Source: an uncultured Erysipelotrichaceae bacterium
Lineage (GTDB): Bacteria; Bacillota_I; Bacilli_A; RF39; UBA660
Assembly (NCBI GenBank): GCA_902783265.1
Contig: CACZQJ010000074.1
Location: 1-52,728, forward strand
Reading direction: 5' to 3'
Length of the DNA stretch: 52,728 nucleotides
Shown one piece after another: positions 1-11,855 of this stretch. How positions within the stretch are numbered: position 1 is the stretch's first letter; each line of letters starts with the position of its first letter. The position numbers and the translations under genes are program-made. Below the pieces are notes generated by a model. That model was not told the origin of the DNA. It searched no databases and saw nothing but the letters and a program-made list of their open reading frames with translations.

Positions 1-13
1 CAACACTTCTAGA

Positions 14-51
14 ATAAAATCAAAAAAGACTTAGAATTTTTTCTAAATCTT
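14..51. terminator. Putative bidirectional intrinsic terminator
   Basis: 10-bp hairpin aagacttaga (26-35) / tctaaatctt (42-51) with one C.A position (G.U on the minus strand), A-run upstream and T-run downstream. It lies about 190 nt past the GH25 gene, so gene assignment is uncertain. Confidence 0.3.
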
Positions 52-237
52 CTTTTTATTGTTGTGAACTATTTGGGGTTCACTTCATTTAAAGCTTCTG
101 TTTCTTTTTGTGATAAACTGGTAACTTTAGAAATCGCTACAATATTTATTTGTTCATTTAACATGTTTGGGCTATAGCAATTTTGTTAAATTTAGTCTAC
201 GATTTATTGTAATTCGCTAAAAGTAATGAAATTTGAG

Positions 238-1455
238 TTATTTATAGATAATGTCGATGTCAACCATATTATCATCTATTCCATCGATTTTCCCATCGTC
301 ACACATTTGCCAAATTTTGAAGTCTCCTTTATAATTGGTTTCACTTGTATAATGAGCTAGCCAAATATTTGTGTTTGGCTTAAACCAAATTTTTTCTAGA
401 TAATTTTTACTGCTATAAAGCATACCTTCATATCCTGCTTTTTCTATTTTATTTATAAAGGTATTGGCTACTTCGGTTAAGTGGTAAAAGCTTAGATTAT
501 ATTCTTGATATTTTGACCAGTTTTCCCAATCAAAAGCAATTGGAAGTTCTATTTTGTATTTTTTTATTTCTTTTAATACCCATTTTGCCTGGCTTAAGGC
601 TTCTTCTTTACTGTCAGCATAAGAGAAAAAATAAATACCTACTGGGATCCCTACTTTTTTAAATCCTTCGATGTTTTTTTTAAATTTATTATCTAAATAA
701 TATTTTCCATTTTTTCCTTTTTGGCTGCCAATTCGTATAATTACAAATTCGGCACCTGCTTCTTTTACCTTTTCATAATTGATGTTTCCTTGATGATGAG
801 ATACATCTATTCCTATTTCTGTGTATTTGGTTTTATATCTTTCTTTTATATCTTTAAAAATTGTAGCCTTTTTTTCTATAGAAATTATATCTTTTTTAAT
901 GGTTTGTGGTTTTTCAATTACGTGAAGGGTGAAGCTATTTTGAGCTTCATTTTTTGAGCTATCGGTAGCTTTAAATATTAGATTATAGTTTCCTATTTCG
1001 TTTAAATTATAATCACCTATTATTTCACAATTTGGTTTATCATCATAATTATCTCCACAGAAAAACTTACTTTTAAGATCTGTGCTAGTTCCTTTATAAA
1101 GTGTAATATTTTTGTTATAACTTATTAATGGCGGAGTTATATCTACTATATTTATGTCAAATGAATATGAAATTTTTAAGTTTTCTTCATTTATATATTT
1201 AAATGTAATTTCTTGTTTCCCTAATTTTGTAGTGTTAATTTTTTTATTTTTTAATATTTCTCCGTTAATGTTTTTTATTAAATCTTTTAACTTTATATCA
1301 CTATATATTTCTATGTTTAAATTATCTACTAGTTCTACTTTTATTTTAGCATGCTTTATACGGTAATCCATATATAAATTATATCCAGTTATGGTGATTA
1401 GTATAAATAGTATTAGGCTAATAATTATTTTTATTATTTTTTTCATATATATCAC
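238..1455 (-). CDS. Membrane-anchored GH25 muramidase (lysozyme) with Ig-like (DUF5011-type) module
   Basis: 405-aa ORF with an N-terminal hydrophobic anchor (IIKIIISLILFILITITGY) and an Ig-like module (GDNYDD...GNYNLIFKATDSSKN). C-terminal GH25 signature IGIDVSHHQGNINYEKVKEAGAEFVIIRIG ... FDWENW. The ATG at 1446 may be the true start. Confidence 0.75.
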   Translation of the reverse strand: MIYMKKIIKIIISLILFILITITGYNLYMDYRIKHAKIKVELVDNLNIEIYSDIKLKDLIKNINGEILKNKKINTTKLGKQEITFKYINEENLKISYSFDINIVDITPPLISYNKNITLYKGTSTDLKSKFFCGDNYDDKPNCEIIGDYNLNEIGNYNLIFKATDSSKNEAQNSFTLHVIEKPQTIKKDIISIEKKATIFKDIKERYKTKYTEIGIDVSHHQGNINYEKVKEAGAEFVIIRIGSQKGKNGKYYLDNKFKKNIEGFKKVGIPVGIYFFSYADSKEEALSQAKWVLKEIKKYKIELPIAFDWENWSKYQEYNLSFYHLTEVANTFINKIEKAGYEGMLYSSKNYLEKIWFKPNTNIWLAHYTSETNYKGDFKIWQMCDDGKIDGIDDNMVDIDIIYK

Positions 1456-1469
1456 GTATTTATTTTATC

Positions 1470-1517
1470 ATTTTTATTTTAAAATTAAAAGAACTAATGG
1501 TTAATCCATTAGTTCTT
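1470..1517 (-). terminator. rpoC intrinsic terminator
   Basis: Perfect 12-bp hairpin aagaactaatgg (1489-1500) / ccattagttctt (1506-1517) enclosing the rpoC stop codon. On the minus strand it is followed by TTAATTTTAAAAT. Confidence 0.5.
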
Positions 1518-4500
1518 GCTCTAAAGCCTCTAAAGGTTCATCTTGCATAAGTTCATTTTCTAAACTATATTCAGCTTCTTTATATTTTTTAGCACCAGTT
1601 CCAGCAGGTATCAATTTACCTATTATAACATTTTCTTTTAGACCATTTAAGTGATCTATTTTTCCGTGAACAGCAGCATCAGTTAGAATTCTTGTTGTTT
1701 CTTGGAATGATGCAGCAGATAAGAATGAATCGGTTTCTAATGAGGCTTTGGTAATACCTAATAATACTGGTTTACCTGTTGCTGGTCTCTTGCCATTTAG
1801 AAGTAAGTTTTTGTTTGCTTCAGTAAATTCGTTTATGTTTACCATTGTTCCTGGTAAGAATAGTGAATCGCCTGAATCAATAATTTTAATTTTTGAAATC
1901 ATTCTTCTTGCCATGATTTCAACGTGTTTATCAGATATATCAACACCTTGAGAACGATATACTTTTTGAACTTCAAATAGTATATATTGTTGAACAGTGA
2001 TAGGGTCTGTTACAACAAGCAATTCTTTAGGATTAATTGCTCCGTGAGTAAGTCTACTTCCGGCTTTTACTTCTTGTCCTACTTCAACTGCAAGTTTTGC
2101 TTCATAATTTGTAGTGTGTTCTTTTGTTTCAATATCATTTTTAACATATATTTTATAAGTACCACCATCTTCTTCGATTTTACTTATAACACCATTAATT
2201 TCAGATATTGTTGCTTTACCTTTAGGGTTTCTAGCTTCAAATATTTCAGTAACACGAGGAAGACCTTGAGTGATATCGTCACCACCGGCAACTCCACCTG
2301 TGTTAAAGTTACGCATGGTAAGTTGAGTACCTGGTTCACCGATTGATTGAGCAGCCATAATACCAACTGCTTCACCGATTTCAACGTCAGATCCGGTAGC
2401 TAAGTTTCTACCATAACAGTGTTTGCACACGCCGTGGTCTGTTTTACAAGTTAAGACACTTCTTATAGGAACTTTTGTAATTCCGGCTTTGATTATCTTT
2501 TCAGCAACTGTTTCAGTAATAAGAACGTCTTTATCAACTATTACTTCTTTAGTTTCAGGATGTAGGATCTTTTTGCTTGTATATCTTCCGGTTATTCTTT
2601 CTTCAAGTGGTTCAATTAGAGTACCATCTGTATTGTAAAATGCTTCGGCAATTATTCCTTGATCAGATCCACAATTATCTTCTTTTACAATAACATCTTG
2701 AACAACGTCAACAAGTCTTCTTGTTAAGTATCCGGCATCGGCTGTTTTTAATGCTGTATCAACGGCTCCTTTACGGGTTCCGTGAGTAGATGTAAAGAAT
2801 TCAGAAACAGTCATTCCTTCACCAAATGATGAAAGAATAGGAATTTCGACATAATCTCCGTTTGGTTTAAGCATGATACCACGCATTCCGGCCATTTGTC
2901 CATATTGGTCAATTGAACCACGAGCTTTTGATTCAATCATCATGGTTATTGGTGAATATGGATTAGATTTTAATTTTTTATCTAAATCTTCATATATTTT
3001 ATCTTTGGCATCAAACCATGTTTGAATTACGCTTTCATATCTTTCGCTATCTGTTATCAAACCACGTTTAAATTGTTTTGTTATTTTATCTATTTTTTGC
3101 TTAGCTTCAGCAATAACTTCTTCTTTGATTTCACTATCTTTGAATTCGTCAATTGAAATACTTATTCCTGATAATGTTGAATACTTAAATCCTAAATCTT
3201 TAATAGCGTCTAGAATGACTGAAGTTTCTGTTGTTTGATATCTCTTATATATTTGGGCAATTAGTCTAACAATTGCTCCTTTGTTAAAGGCTTTAACTAA
3301 AGGCATGTTTTTAATTTCTTCAGGTATATTTTTACCCTTATCTATGAAATACTTTGATGGTGTTACTTTAGTAGCATTTTCTTCGCTTCCATCATTTATA
3401 TATTGGAAAGTGTCTGGGAATATTTCATTAAATATGATTTTTCCTGGAGTTGTTACTAAATATTTATCCATGTATTTATCTGGGAATATTTTATGCCTAA
3501 ATGATTTTACAGGAATAGCAATACGTGTATGAAGTGTTAGTTCTCTTCTTTCGTATGCCATTACAGCATCGTTGGTGTTCCTAAATACTCTTCCTTCTCC
3601 TTCTTCTCCTTCTTTTTCCATGGTTAAATAGTAATTACCCAAAACCATATCTTGTCCAGGAGTGGCAATTGGAGAACCGTTTGCTGGAGATAGAATGTTG
3701 TTAGCTGAAAGCATTAATAATCTGGCTTCTGCTTGTGCAGCATCACTAATTGGAACATGAACTGCCATTTGGTCTCCATCAAAGTCGGCATTGAATCCGG
3801 TACAAACAAGTGGGTGTAAGCGAATTGCTTTACCATCAATTAGTTTTGGTTCAAATGCTTGAATTGAAAGTCTGTGTAGTGTTGGAGCACGGTTTAATAG
3901 AACTGGATGTTCTTTAATTTTTTCTTCAACAATATCCCATACTCTTTCGTCTTGATTTTCAATCATTCTTTTTGCGGCTTTAATATTGCTGGCAATTTCT
4001 TTTGTTACTAATCCATTTATGACATGTGGTTTAAATAACTCTAAGGCCATTTCTTTTGGTATACCACATTCGTACATTTTAAGTGATGGACCTACGACAA
4101 TAACTGAACGAGCTGAGTAGTCAACACGTTTTCCTAATAAGTTTTGACGGAAACGACCTTGTTTACCTTTTAACATACTTGATAATGATTTTAGTGGTCT
4201 GTTTCCTGGTCCAGTTATGTTTTTGCCACGTCTGCCATTATCAAATAAAGCATCTACTGCTTCTTGAAGCATTCTTTTTTCATTTTGAATAATGATGGAA
4301 GGTGCTTGCAAGTCTATTAATTTTTTAAGTCTATTATTTCTGTTGATGACTCTTCTATATAAATCATTTAAATCAGATGTTGCAAATCTTCCACCATCTA
4401 GTTGTATCATTGGTCTAAGTTCTGGTGGGATTACTGGTAGAGCATTTAAAATCATCCACTCAGGGCGATTACCAGATTCTAAGAAGGCATCTAGAACATC

Positions 4501-5136
4501 TAATTTTTTAATCAAACGAACACGTTTTTGGCTTGTGGTATCTTTTATTTCAGAAATTTCCTTCTTAATTTCATTTACTTCTTTTTCTAAGTCAACTTCT
4601 TTTAATAATTCTTGTATAGCTTCCGCTCCCATGCCTACTCTAAATGTGTTACCATATTTTTCATAGTAAGTACGGTAGTCTTTATCGCTTATTGTTTGTT
4701 TTTTTTCAAGTGGTGTGTCACCTGGATCTAATACAACATAAGAAACAAAATACAATACTTCTTCTAATTCTCTTGGTGACATATCAAGAACAAGTCCCAT
4801 TCTTGAAGGTACGCCTTTAAAGAACCAAATGTGAGAGACGGGTGTGGCAAGTTCAATGTGTCCCATACGTTCACGACGTACTTTAGATTTAGTAACTTCA
4901 ACACCGCATCTATCACATATAATATTTTTATATCTTAATCTTTTGTATTTACCGCATGAACATTCAAAATCTTTGGTTGGTCCAAAAATCTTTTCACAGA
5001 AAAGTCCGTCACGTTCTGGTTTTAGGGTACGATAATTCATCGTTTCGGCTTTTTTAACTTCACCATATGACCATGAACGGATTTTTTCTGGTGAGGCAAT
5101 GGCTATTCTTAAGCCTTCAAAGCTATTTGCATCCAT
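1501..5136 (-). CDS. rpoC: DNA-directed RNA polymerase subunit beta-prime
   Basis: 1211-aa ORF with a zinc-binding [23 protein letters not shown] segment and the catalytic [12 protein letters not shown] motif. Its start overlaps the rpoB stop (TAATG). Confidence 0.98.
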   Translation of the reverse strand: MDANSFEGLRIAIASPEKIRSWSYGEVKKAETMNYRTLKPERDGLFCEKIFGPTKDFECSCGKYKRLRYKNIICDRCGVEVTKSKVRRERMGHIELATPVSHIWFFKGVPSRMGLVLDMSPRELEEVLYFVSYVVLDPGDTPLEKKQTISDKDYRTYYEKYGNTFRVGMGAEAIQELLKEVDLEKEVNEIKKEISEIKDTTSQKRVRLIKKLDVLDAFLESGNRPEWMILNALPVIPPELRPMIQLDGGRFATSDLNDLYRRVINRNNRLKKLIDLQAPSIIIQNEKRMLQEAVDALFDNGRRGKNITGPGNRPLKSLSSMLKGKQGRFRQNLLGKRVDYSARSVIVVGPSLKMYECGIPKEMALELFKPHVINGLVTKEIASNIKAAKRMIENQDERVWDIVEEKIKEHPVLLNRAPTLHRLSIQAFEPKLIDGKAIRLHPLVCTGFNADFDGDQMAVHVPISDAAQAEARLLMLSANNILSPANGSPIATPGQDMVLGNYYLTMEKEGEEGEGRVFRNTNDAVMAYERRELTLHTRIAIPVKSFRHKIFPDKYMDKYLVTTPGKIIFNEIFPDTFQYINDGSEENATKVTPSKYFIDKGKNIPEEIKNMPLVKAFNKGAIVRLIAQIYKRYQTTETSVILDAIKDLGFKYSTLSGISISIDEFKDSEIKEEVIAEAKQKIDKITKQFKRGLITDSERYESVIQTWFDAKDKIYEDLDKKLKSNPYSPITMMIESKARGSIDQYGQMAGMRGIMLKPNGDYVEIPILSSFGEGMTVSEFFTSTHGTRKGAVDTALKTADAGYLTRRLVDVVQDVIVKEDNCGSDQGIIAEAFYNTDGTLIEPLEERITGRYTSKKILHPETKEVIVDKDVLITETVAEKIIKAGITKVPIRSVLTCKTDHGVCKHCYGRNLATGSDVEIGEAVGIMAAQSIGEPGTQLTMRNFNTGGVAGGDDITQGLPRVTEIFEARNPKGKATISEINGVISKIEEDGGTYKIYVKNDIETKEHTTNYEAKLAVEVGQEVKAGSRLTHGAINPKELLVVTDPITVQQYILFEVQKVYRSQGVDISDKHVEIMARRMISKIKIIDSGDSLFLPGTMVNINEFTEANKNLLLNGKRPATGKPVLLGITKASLETDSFLSAASFQETTRILTDAAVHGKIDHLNGLKENVIIGKLIPAGTGAKKYKEAEYSLENELMQDEPLEALEQELMD

Positions 5137-8100
5137 TAATTATCCTCCCCTTCCAAATGTTCTAGTTCTTCATCAGTTGGTTCTTTTAAATCAAAGTCTT
5201 CTAAGTCGTCTTCCAAGTTAGTGTTTTCGTTATCTGATGATTCAAATTCGCTATTTTGTTTGTTGTTTTCTTCTTTTTCTCTTAATATTTCGCTTTCAAG
5301 GTCAGTATCTGGAACATATGTGTCTTTTTCTGCTTCTTCTAATTCTTTAAGTTCAACAAATCTGCCTTCATTATTTAAAACAGTTATATCTAAGCCTAGG
5401 GCTTGGAACTCTTTGATAACTACTCTAAAACTTTCTGGAACGCCAGAAGCAGGTAGTTCTTCCCCTTTTACTAGGGCTTCATATACTTTAACTCTTCCGG
5501 TTACATCGTCTGATTTAACAGTCATCATTTCTTGTAAAATGTTGGCAGCACCATATGCATATAGGGCCCAAACTTCCATTTCTCCGAAACGTTGGCCACC
5601 AAATTGAGCTTTACCTCCAAGAGGTTGCTGGGTAACTAATGAGTAAGGTCCTGTAGAACGAGCATGTAATTTATCGTCAACCATGTGATCTAGTTTAATC
5701 ATGTACATGACTCCAACGCTAATTCTATTATCAAATGGTTCACCACTTCGTCCATCATATAAAACCATCTTGCCATCTTTATCTAGGCCGGCCTCTCCTA
5801 AAGCATCAATTATTTCTTCACGTGTTGCTCCATCAAATACTGGGGTTGCGACATGAATGCCTAATGTTTTAGCAGCCATTCCAAGATGCAATTCAAGGAT
5901 TTGTCCTAAGTTCATACGTGATGGAACTCCTAATGGGTTTAGTAATATGTCAACTGTTTTTCCTTCTTTGGTGTATGGCATATCTTCTTCTGGCAAGACA
6001 AGTGATACAACACCTTTATTTCCGTGTCTTCCTGAGATTTTATCTCCAACACCGATTTTCCTTTTTTGCGCTATATATACTCTGACTTTCTTAGAAACGC
6101 CGGCTGGTAATTCATCATTGTCTTCTTTTGATAATATTTGAACATCGCAGACAATTCCGCCGCCTCCGTGTTGTACTCTAAGTGAAGTATCTCTTACTTC
6201 TCTTGTTTTTTCACCAAATATAGCGTGTAATAGTTTTTCTTCTGAAGTAAGCTCAGCCATACCTTTTGGTGTAACTTTTCCTACTAAAATATCATCGTCT
6301 TTGACTTCGCTACCAATTCTAATTATACCGTTTTCATCTAGATTTTTACGGGCTTCTTCAGATACGTTAGGAATGTCTCTTGTAAATTCTTCTGGCCCAA
6401 GTTTTGTATCACGACATTCGATTTCACAGTCTCTTATGTGAATTGATGTGAATACATCGTCTTTAACTAGCCTTTCATTTAAAATTACGGCATCCTCATA
6501 ATTGTACCCGTCGTAGTTTACAAAAGCAATCGTCAAGTTTTTGCCTAAGGCCATTTCTCCGTTATCAGTTGATGGACCATCGGCTATAACGTCACCAAAC
6601 TTAACTTTGTCGCCTTTTCTTACTATTGGTTTTTGATGATAGCATGTTCCACTGTTACTTCTTTCAAAACCGTCTATATAGTATGTGTCTGTTCCTTTAG
6701 CATTTTTTATAATTATTTTTCTAGCATCAACGTAATCAACAACACCATCAGCTTTGGCGATAATAACAACGCCTGAATCTTTTGCAGCGATAGCTTCAAC
6801 ACCAGTTCCCACTAATGGGGCTTCTGCTTCAATTAAAGGAATTGCTTGACGTTGCATGTTGGCACCCATAAGTGCTCGTTTTCCATCGTCGTGTTCAAGG
6901 AATGGAATACCACTTGTGGTAATTGAAATTATCTGTTGTGGTGAAACGTCCATGTAATCTACTTGTTCTTTGCTTACCATTAAATTATCATTTTGATAAC
7001 GAACTGGAATGCTTTCTTCAACTATTTTCCCATTTTCGGTTTTGATTGTAGCTGGGGCAATATAGTATTCTAATTCCTCATCTGCTGTCATATATTTTAT
7101 TTCGTCTGTTAACTTTGTTTTATCAACTTTTCGATATGGTGTCATAATGAACCCATACTCATTTACTTTTGCATAACTTGCAAGTGAAGTTATAAGCCCA
7201 ATGTTTGGTCCTTCTGGAGATTCGACTGGGCATAATCTTCCATAATGTGAAGGATTTACGTCACGTACTTCCATGCCGGCCCTGTCTTTTGAAAGACCGC
7301 CTGGCCCTAAAGAAGAAAGTCTTCTTTTGTTTGTAAGTTCAGCAATTGGATTAATTTGATCCATAAATTGTGAAAGTTGGCTACTACCAAAGAATTCTTT
7401 AATAGCGGCTGTAAGTGGTCTAATGTTAATTAAACTTTTTGGAGTAACTTCGGTAATTTCTTGGGTACTCATTCTGTCTCTAATCATTCTTTCGATACGA
7501 CTAATACCGATTCTAAATTGATTTTGAAGTAGTTCTCCAACTTGTCTTACACGTCTATTAGACAAGTGGTCAATTTCGTCGAAGTGTCCAATGCCATCTA
7601 ATAGATTTAAATAATAAGATAATGAAGCATATATATCTGATACAGTTAATCTTTTAACATCTATTTTTTGATCATTTCCGATAATTTTTACTATTTTATC
7701 AGGATTTGTTTTAGAATAAACTTTTACTATTTGGACTTCATTATATGTGTCTAAGTCTTGATTGATTAGTGTTTCTTTTGTACCATATCCGTCAGCAAAA
7801 ACTGGTTTTAATTTTTCTAAAATTTCTTTAGTTACAATTGTTCCAGTTTCAGCAATGACTTTGTCATCAACTTTGATTGTCTCAGCTAATTTGCAGCCTA
7901 GAAGACGGTCGGTAACGTTTAATTTCTTGTTGAATTTATATCTACCAACTTTAGCTAGGTCATATCTAAATGCATCAAAAAATCTAGTTATTAGCTGGTT
8001 TTTTGCACTTTCTAAAGTTGATGGCTCTCCTGGCCTTAATTTTGAGTGAATGTCAATTAATGCTTCATCGGTGTTTTTATTTGTGTCTTTTTCAATTGTT

Positions 8101-8768
8101 TTGATTATATAATCGTTCTCACCGAATAAATCATTTATGTCATTATCACTTGATAGGCCAACAGCTCTTAATAGTGTGGTTACTGGAACTTTTCTTGTTC
8201 TGTCAATCCTAACGTAAACAATATCTCTAGCGTCTGTTTCATATTCTAGCCACGTTCCTCTAGTTGGAATTATTTGACAGCCTACAGTGATTTTTCCATT
8301 TTTCTTGTCTACTTCTTTTCCAAAATAAACAGATGGAGATCTTACTAATTGGGATACGATAACTCTTTCGGCTCCATTGACGATAAATGAGCCACTATCG
8401 GTCATTATAGGCATATCTCCTAAATAAATTTCTTGTTCTTTTACCTCTCCTGTTTCAACATTAAAAAGTCTTGCTTCTACTTTTAGTGGCGCAGCATAAG
8501 TAGAATATCTTTCTTTACATTGTTTAATGTTGTATCTTGGTTCATCAAAACTGTATTCACCAAATTCTAACGACAAATTACCAGTGAAACTCTCCACTGG
8601 GAAAATGTCTTCAAAGACTTCTTTGATTCCTTCGGTTAGAAACCAATTGTATGATGTTTTTTGAATATCCAATAAATTTGATAATTCAATTGCATTTTCT
8701 GTTTTTGCATAATTTCTTCTCTCACGTTTTGCGTTAATTTTTTGTATTTTATAAGCCAAATGTTTCAC
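5136..8768 (-). CDS. rpoB: DNA-directed RNA polymerase subunit beta
   Basis: 1210-aa ORF with the rifampicin-cluster-I-like [34 protein letters not shown] and the conserved [11 protein letters not shown]. Candidate starts are GTG 8768 or TTG 8759 after GGGGTGA. Confidence 0.98.
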   Translation of the reverse strand: MKHLAYKIQKINAKRERRNYAKTENAIELSNLLDIQKTSYNWFLTEGIKEVFEDIFPVESFTGNLSLEFGEYSFDEPRYNIKQCKERYSTYAAPLKVEARLFNVETGEVKEQEIYLGDMPIMTDSGSFIVNGAERVIVSQLVRSPSVYFGKEVDKKNGKITVGCQIIPTRGTWLEYETDARDIVYVRIDRTRKVPVTTLLRAVGLSSDNDINDLFGENDYIIKTIEKDTNKNTDEALIDIHSKLRPGEPSTLESAKNQLITRFFDAFRYDLAKVGRYKFNKKLNVTDRLLGCKLAETIKVDDKVIAETGTIVTKEILEKLKPVFADGYGTKETLINQDLDTYNEVQIVKVYSKTNPDKIVKIIGNDQKIDVKRLTVSDIYASLSYYLNLLDGIGHFDEIDHLSNRRVRQVGELLQNQFRIGISRIERMIRDRMSTQEITEVTPKSLINIRPLTAAIKEFFGSSQLSQFMDQINPIAELTNKRRLSSLGPGGLSKDRAGMEVRDVNPSHYGRLCPVESPEGPNIGLITSLASYAKVNEYGFIMTPYRKVDKTKLTDEIKYMTADEELEYYIAPATIKTENGKIVEESIPVRYQNDNLMVSKEQVDYMDVSPQQIISITTSGIPFLEHDDGKRALMGANMQRQAIPLIEAEAPLVGTGVEAIAAKDSGVVIIAKADGVVDYVDARKIIIKNAKGTDTYYIDGFERSNSGTCYHQKPIVRKGDKVKFGDVIADGPSTDNGEMALGKNLTIAFVNYDGYNYEDAVILNERLVKDDVFTSIHIRDCEIECRDTKLGPEEFTRDIPNVSEEARKNLDENGIIRIGSEVKDDDILVGKVTPKGMAELTSEEKLLHAIFGEKTREVRDTSLRVQHGGGGIVCDVQILSKEDNDELPAGVSKKVRVYIAQKRKIGVGDKISGRHGNKGVVSLVLPEEDMPYTKEGKTVDILLNPLGVPSRMNLGQILELHLGMAAKTLGIHVATPVFDGATREEIIDALGEAGLDKDGKMVLYDGRSGEPFDNRISVGVMYMIKLDHMVDDKLHARSTGPYSLVTQQPLGGKAQFGGQRFGEMEVWALYAYGAANILQEMMTVKSDDVTGRVKVYEALVKGEELPASGVPESFRVVIKEFQALGLDITVLNNEGRFVELKELEEAEKDTYVPDTDLESEILREKEENNKQNSEFESSDNENTNLEDDLEDFDLKEPTDEELEHLEGEDN

Positions 8769-8828
8769 CCCTAAACCATATTTTTTAGATTTTTATATAC
8801 CCTTAAAGATACATGTCGCCAATTTATA

Positions 8829-8857
8829 ATTATAAAGAGTTTTTATTAAAAAGTCAA
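8829..8857 (-). promoter_or_regulatory. Sigma-A-type promoter upstream of rpoB
   Basis: Minus strand TTGACT (8852-8857) - 17 nt - TATAAT (8829-8834). The -35 overlaps the stop codon of the upstream methyltransferase gene. Confidence 0.5.
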
Positions 8858-9438
8858 CGGTTTTTGGCTGTTATTACATAAAAACCTTTATTTTTTTTAA
8901 TAAGTTCAGTTTTAGCAACTTCATTTAAATCTTTCATTACACTTTTTGCCCCTTGGTCTTTATTTATTACAAATATTAATTTGCCATTTGGTTTTAAGTG
9001 TTTTATAGATGAAAATAAAATGTCATATAGTATTTTTTTGCCTACTCTGATTGGCGGATTTGTAACAATAAAATCATAATCTTTATTTATGCTGGAATAT
9101 ATATTACTTTTAAAAATATTAACTTCTACTTTATTTAAAACGGCATTTTTTGCGGCTAGTGATAGAGCTCTTTCATTAACGTCTACCATGTCAACTGTGC
9201 AGTCGCATACTTTTTTTAAGTAAATGCCTATTGGACCATAACCGCATCCAAAATCTAGAACATTACCTTTTATTTCTAATGTGTCAATGCTTTCCAATAG
9301 GGATCTAGTTCCAAAATCAAGACCTTTTTTAGAGAAAACCCCATTATCTGTAATAAATTTTAAATTTTGATTGTTAATTGCTACATCGATTTCTTTTTCT
9401 TCGCTTTTTACGGTATCGTTTGTAAAATAATGTGACAT
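8854..9438 (-). CDS. Class I SAM-dependent methyltransferase, RsmC/RlmG-like small MTase (YbxB-like)
   Basis: 194 aa with SAM motif I VLDFGCGYGPIG and motif IV TNPPIRVGK. It sits in the same rplL-X-rpoB position as ybxB of B. subtilis. Confidence 0.8.
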   Translation of the reverse strand: MSHYFTNDTVKSEEKEIDVAINNQNLKFITDNGVFSKKGLDFGTRSLLESIDTLEIKGNVLDFGCGYGPIGIYLKKVCDCTVDMVDVNERALSLAAKNAVLNKVEVNIFKSNIYSSINKDYDFIVTNPPIRVGKKILYDILFSSIKHLKPNGKLIFVINKDQGAKSVMKDLNEVAKTELIKKNKGFYVITAKNR

Positions 9439-9464
9439 TTTTTCTCCTTTTAATAAACGGGCAA

Positions 9465-9492
9465 AGCCCGCACTATATTCATAGTGCAGGCT
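9465..9492 (-). terminator. Hairpin (possible attenuator) between rplL and the methyltransferase/rpoB genes
   Basis: 12-bp stem agcccgcactat / atagtgcaggct with one G.U position on the minus strand, followed by a weak T tract. A partial terminator between rplL and rpoB is known in other bacteria. Confidence 0.4.
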
Positions 9493-9507
9493 TATTTATT
9501 TTTGTAA

Positions 9508-9879
9508 TTATTTAACTTCTACAGTAGCGCCAGCTTCTTCTAAAGCTTTCTTTAGTTCTTCAGCTTCGCTTGTTGGGATGTTTTCTTTAATAGCTCCGCC
9601 ATTATCAGCGATATCTTTTGCTTCTTTTAGACCTAAACCAGTAGCTTCTTTGATCAATTTAATAACTGGTAATTTGTTTGGCCCAGCAGCAGTTAAAGTT
9701 ACTGTAACAGTAGATGGTCCAGCAGCTTCTTCAGTAGCTCCAGCAGCAGGAGCGGCAACTGCAACTGCACTAGGGTCTACACCATATGCCTCCTTCATAG
9801 CGTCAACTAATTCTTTTATTTCAAGTAGTGACATTTCATTTAAGCTATTAATAAAATCTTCTTTTGTAAGTTTTGCCAT
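9508..9879 (-). CDS. rplL: 50S ribosomal protein L7/L12
   Basis: 123 aa with an Ala/Pro-rich hinge ([18 protein letters not shown]) and the C-terminal domain LGLKEAKD...[11 protein letters not shown]. Confidence 0.97.
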   Translation of the reverse strand: MAKLTKEDFINSLNEMSLLEIKELVDAMKEAYGVDPSAVAVAAPAAGATEEAAGPSTVTVTLTAAGPNKLPVIKLIKEATGLGLKEAKDIADNGGAIKENIPTSEAEELKKALEEAGATVEVK

Positions 9880-9895
9880 TTATATCATTCCTTTC

Positions 9896-10396
9896 TTATT
9901 TTTCTTCTTTTTCTAAGTCTTGAGCTCTTAAATCAAGACAAATAGCTAAATTTCTTACGGTACCCATTAAACCAGCAGCAAGCATTGTAAGTAATCCTTC
10001 TCTTGATGGAATAGTGGATAGTTCTCTTAATTTTGCTTCATCAGTAATTTCGCCATCAATCAAACCAGTCTTTACGACTAATGCATTGTTCTTTTTTGCA
10101 AAATCGTATAAAACTTTGACAGGAGCGATAGAGTCATCTGAGAACGCGATGGCTTTTGGCCCTTTTAATTCCTCATTTAAATCTATTTTTAAAGTATCAA
10201 ATGCTCTTTTAACTAATGTGTTTTTATAGATTTTAAATTCAGAACCATTTTCTTTTAATAATCTTCTTAAATTATTTGTGTCGTATGCTGTTAATCCTTG
10301 ATATTCAAATAAAATAACAGAATTAGAGTTTTTTGTTTTATCAGCAATTTCATCAATTATAGCTTGTTTCTTATCTAAAATCTTTTGATTTGCCAA
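9896..10396 (-). CDS. rplJ: 50S ribosomal protein L10
   Basis: The ORF extends to 10405, but AAGGAGG lies 8 nt before the TTG at 10396 (MANQKILDKK...). It sits immediately upstream of rplL with an L10-like sequence. Confidence 0.93.
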   Translation of the reverse strand: MANQKILDKKQAIIDEIADKTKNSNSVILFEYQGLTAYDTNNLRRLLKENGSEFKIYKNTLVKRAFDTLKIDLNEELKGPKAIAFSDDSIAPVKVLYDFAKKNNALVVKTGLIDGEITDEAKLRELSTIPSREGLLTMLAAGLMGTVRNLAICLDLRAQDLEKEEK

Positions 10397-10405
10397 GTCA
10401 AGCAC

Positions 10406-10540
10406 CTCCTTAATATAAAAACTCTGCGTATTATGCGCGCAGAGTTAAAAGGCTTTACTAAATCCTCGGTAGGAAATTAAGCTATAAGCACCTACTGTCT
10501 ACGGCATAATATATAAATTTTCGATTGCGTGTTAATTATA
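10406..10540 (-). promoter_or_regulatory. rplJ (L10) leader with extended -10 promoter and terminator-like attenuator hairpin
   Basis: Minus strand has TGtTATAAT (-10 at 10535-10540). A structured about 110-nt leader ends in the hairpin CTCTGCG(10438-10444)/CGCAGAG(10422-10428) followed by TTTTTAT, just before the rplJ RBS. This matches the L10-leader attenuation described in Bacillus. Confidence 0.5.
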
Positions 10541-10552
10541 ACACACTATTTA

Positions 10553-11248
10553 TTAATTGTCAAAACTATTTACATCAATTTTGATGCCAGGTCCCATGGT
10601 TGAAGAAATAGATATGTTTTTTACATATGTTCCTTTAACAACTGATGGTTTTGATTTTATAATTAAAGAAACGAAGGCTTTTAAGTTATCAAGTAAGTCT
10701 TCATCTGTAAATGAAACTTTTCCAATAACTCCGTGTACGTTACCGTATGAATCAGTACGGTATTCTACTCTACCTTTTTTAATTTCTTCTACTGCCTTTT
10801 TGGTATCCATAGTAACTGTTCCTGTTTTAGGGTTAGGCATTAAGCCTTTGGGTCCTAAAATACGTCCTATTTTACCTAGCGCAGGCATCATGTCTGGAGT
10901 AGCTACTAATGAATCAAAATCAAACCAGTTTTCTTTTTCAATTTTCTCTATTAATTCGGCTTCTCCAACATAATCTGCACCAGCATCTTTTGCTGCCTTA
11001 GCGGCTTCCCCTTTTGCAAGTACTAATACTTTTTTAGTTTTTCCTGTTCCTTTAGGTAAAACTACAGCTCCTCTTAATTGTTGATCAGCTTTTTTAGTAT
11101 CTAGGTTTAAGCGCATAGCAACTTCAACTGATGCATCAAAATCGGCATAAGAAGTTTCTTTAACTAATTTTACTGCTTCTTCTTTAGTATAAGCGTTATG
11201 TTTATCAATTTTACTTATAGCAGCTTCATACTTTTTACCTTTTTTCAT
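10553..11248 (-). CDS. rplA: 50S ribosomal protein L1
   Basis: 231 aa, [10 protein letters not shown]...[13 protein letters not shown]...; conserved position after rplK. Confidence 0.97.
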   Translation of the reverse strand: MKKGKKYEAAISKIDKHNAYTKEEAVKLVKETSYADFDASVEVAMRLNLDTKKADQQLRGAVVLPKGTGKTKKVLVLAKGEAAKAAKDAGADYVGEAELIEKIEKENWFDFDSLVATPDMMPALGKIGRILGPKGLMPNPKTGTVTMDTKKAVEEIKKGRVEYRTDSYGNVHGVIGKVSFTDEDLLDNLKAFVSLIIKSKPSVVKGTYVKNISISSTMGPGIKIDVNSFDN

Positions 11249-11301
11249 TGTTTACCTCCTTGTGGTTTTTGCGGATAATCCTCCCACATTATATGTGGTA
11301 A

Positions 11302-11724
11302 TTAATCTTCTACTTTTACTCCCATATTTATAGCTGTTCCTTCGATGATCTTCATTGCAGATTCAACATCATAACAGTTTAAGTCTGGAAGTTTTGTTTC
11401 AGCAATTTCACGTAGTTGATCTTTTGTTAAAGTGCCAACTATGTCTTTTTTACCATTAACTGAGCCTTTTTTAAGTTTTAAAGCTCTTTTTATTAAGAAT
11501 GCTGCTGGTGGAGTTTTAACTACAAAATCGAATGTTCTGTCTTCATAAACAGAAATTTCAACTGGTAATATGTCACCCATTTTATCTTTAGTTGCATCAT
11601 TAAATTTTGTACAGAATTCTCCTATGTTAATTCCTGCAGGTCCTAAAGCTGTACCAACTGGTGGTGCTGGTGTTGCTTTTCCAGCAGGTATTTGGATTTT
11701 TATTTTCTTTGCTACATTTGCCAC
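11302..11724 (-). CDS. rplK: 50S ribosomal protein L11
   Basis: [27 protein letters not shown] is the L11 N-terminal signature. The ORF track starts at GTG 11733, which abuts the GGAGG; GTG 11724 lies 8 nt after GGAGG and is more likely. Confidence 0.95.
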   Translation of the reverse strand: MANVAKKIKIQIPAGKATPAPPVGTALGPAGINIGEFCTKFNDATKDKMGDILPVEISVYEDRTFDFVVKTPPAAFLIKRALKLKKGSVNGKKDIVGTLTKDQLREIAETKLPDLNCYDVESAMKIIEGTAINMGVKVED

Positions 11725-11855
11725 GAAAAACACCTCCTCTTGTTTTTTTTCGCGAGTGGTTCAAATGATATCCGCTTTTCATTTTCAATCTCCCACTTGT
11801 ATCTATATATAAAATATAGCCATTTAATAGTACCACATTTTTTGTGGTTTGTAAA

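Noticed and set aside
69-164. 31-aa minus-strand ORF (MLNEQINIVAISKVTSLSQKETEALNEVNPK) between the GH25 gene and the hairpin at 14-51.
   Set aside because: There is no Shine-Dalgarno sequence upstream of its ATG and no recognisable motif, so it cannot be distinguished from chance.
1748-5035. Plus-strand ORFs of 63-124 aa inside rpoC (for example 1987..2346 and 4292..4666), with analogous ones inside rpoB, mutS, tadB, murG, the ABC permease and others.
   Set aside because: All lie antisense to long, well-supported genes. They have F/L/S/I-rich low-complexity translations typical of shadow frames in AT-rich DNA, and they have no RBS.
5136-5350. Long acidic C-terminal tail of RpoB ([16 protein letters not shown]...[11 protein letters not shown]) as an unusual extension.
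   Set aside because: Acidic C-terminal tails of similar length occur in other Firmicute RpoB proteins (for example B. subtilis), so it is not distinctive.
9578-9916. 112-aa plus-strand ORF covering rplL.
   Set aside because: It is the antisense shadow of the Ala-rich L7/L12 gene, and its translation is a mirror-image low-complexity sequence.
11627-11836. 69-aa minus-strand ORF overlapping the 5' end of rplK.
   Set aside because: It is out of frame with L11, has no RBS and spans the nusG-rplK intergenic region. L11 conservation explains the open frame.
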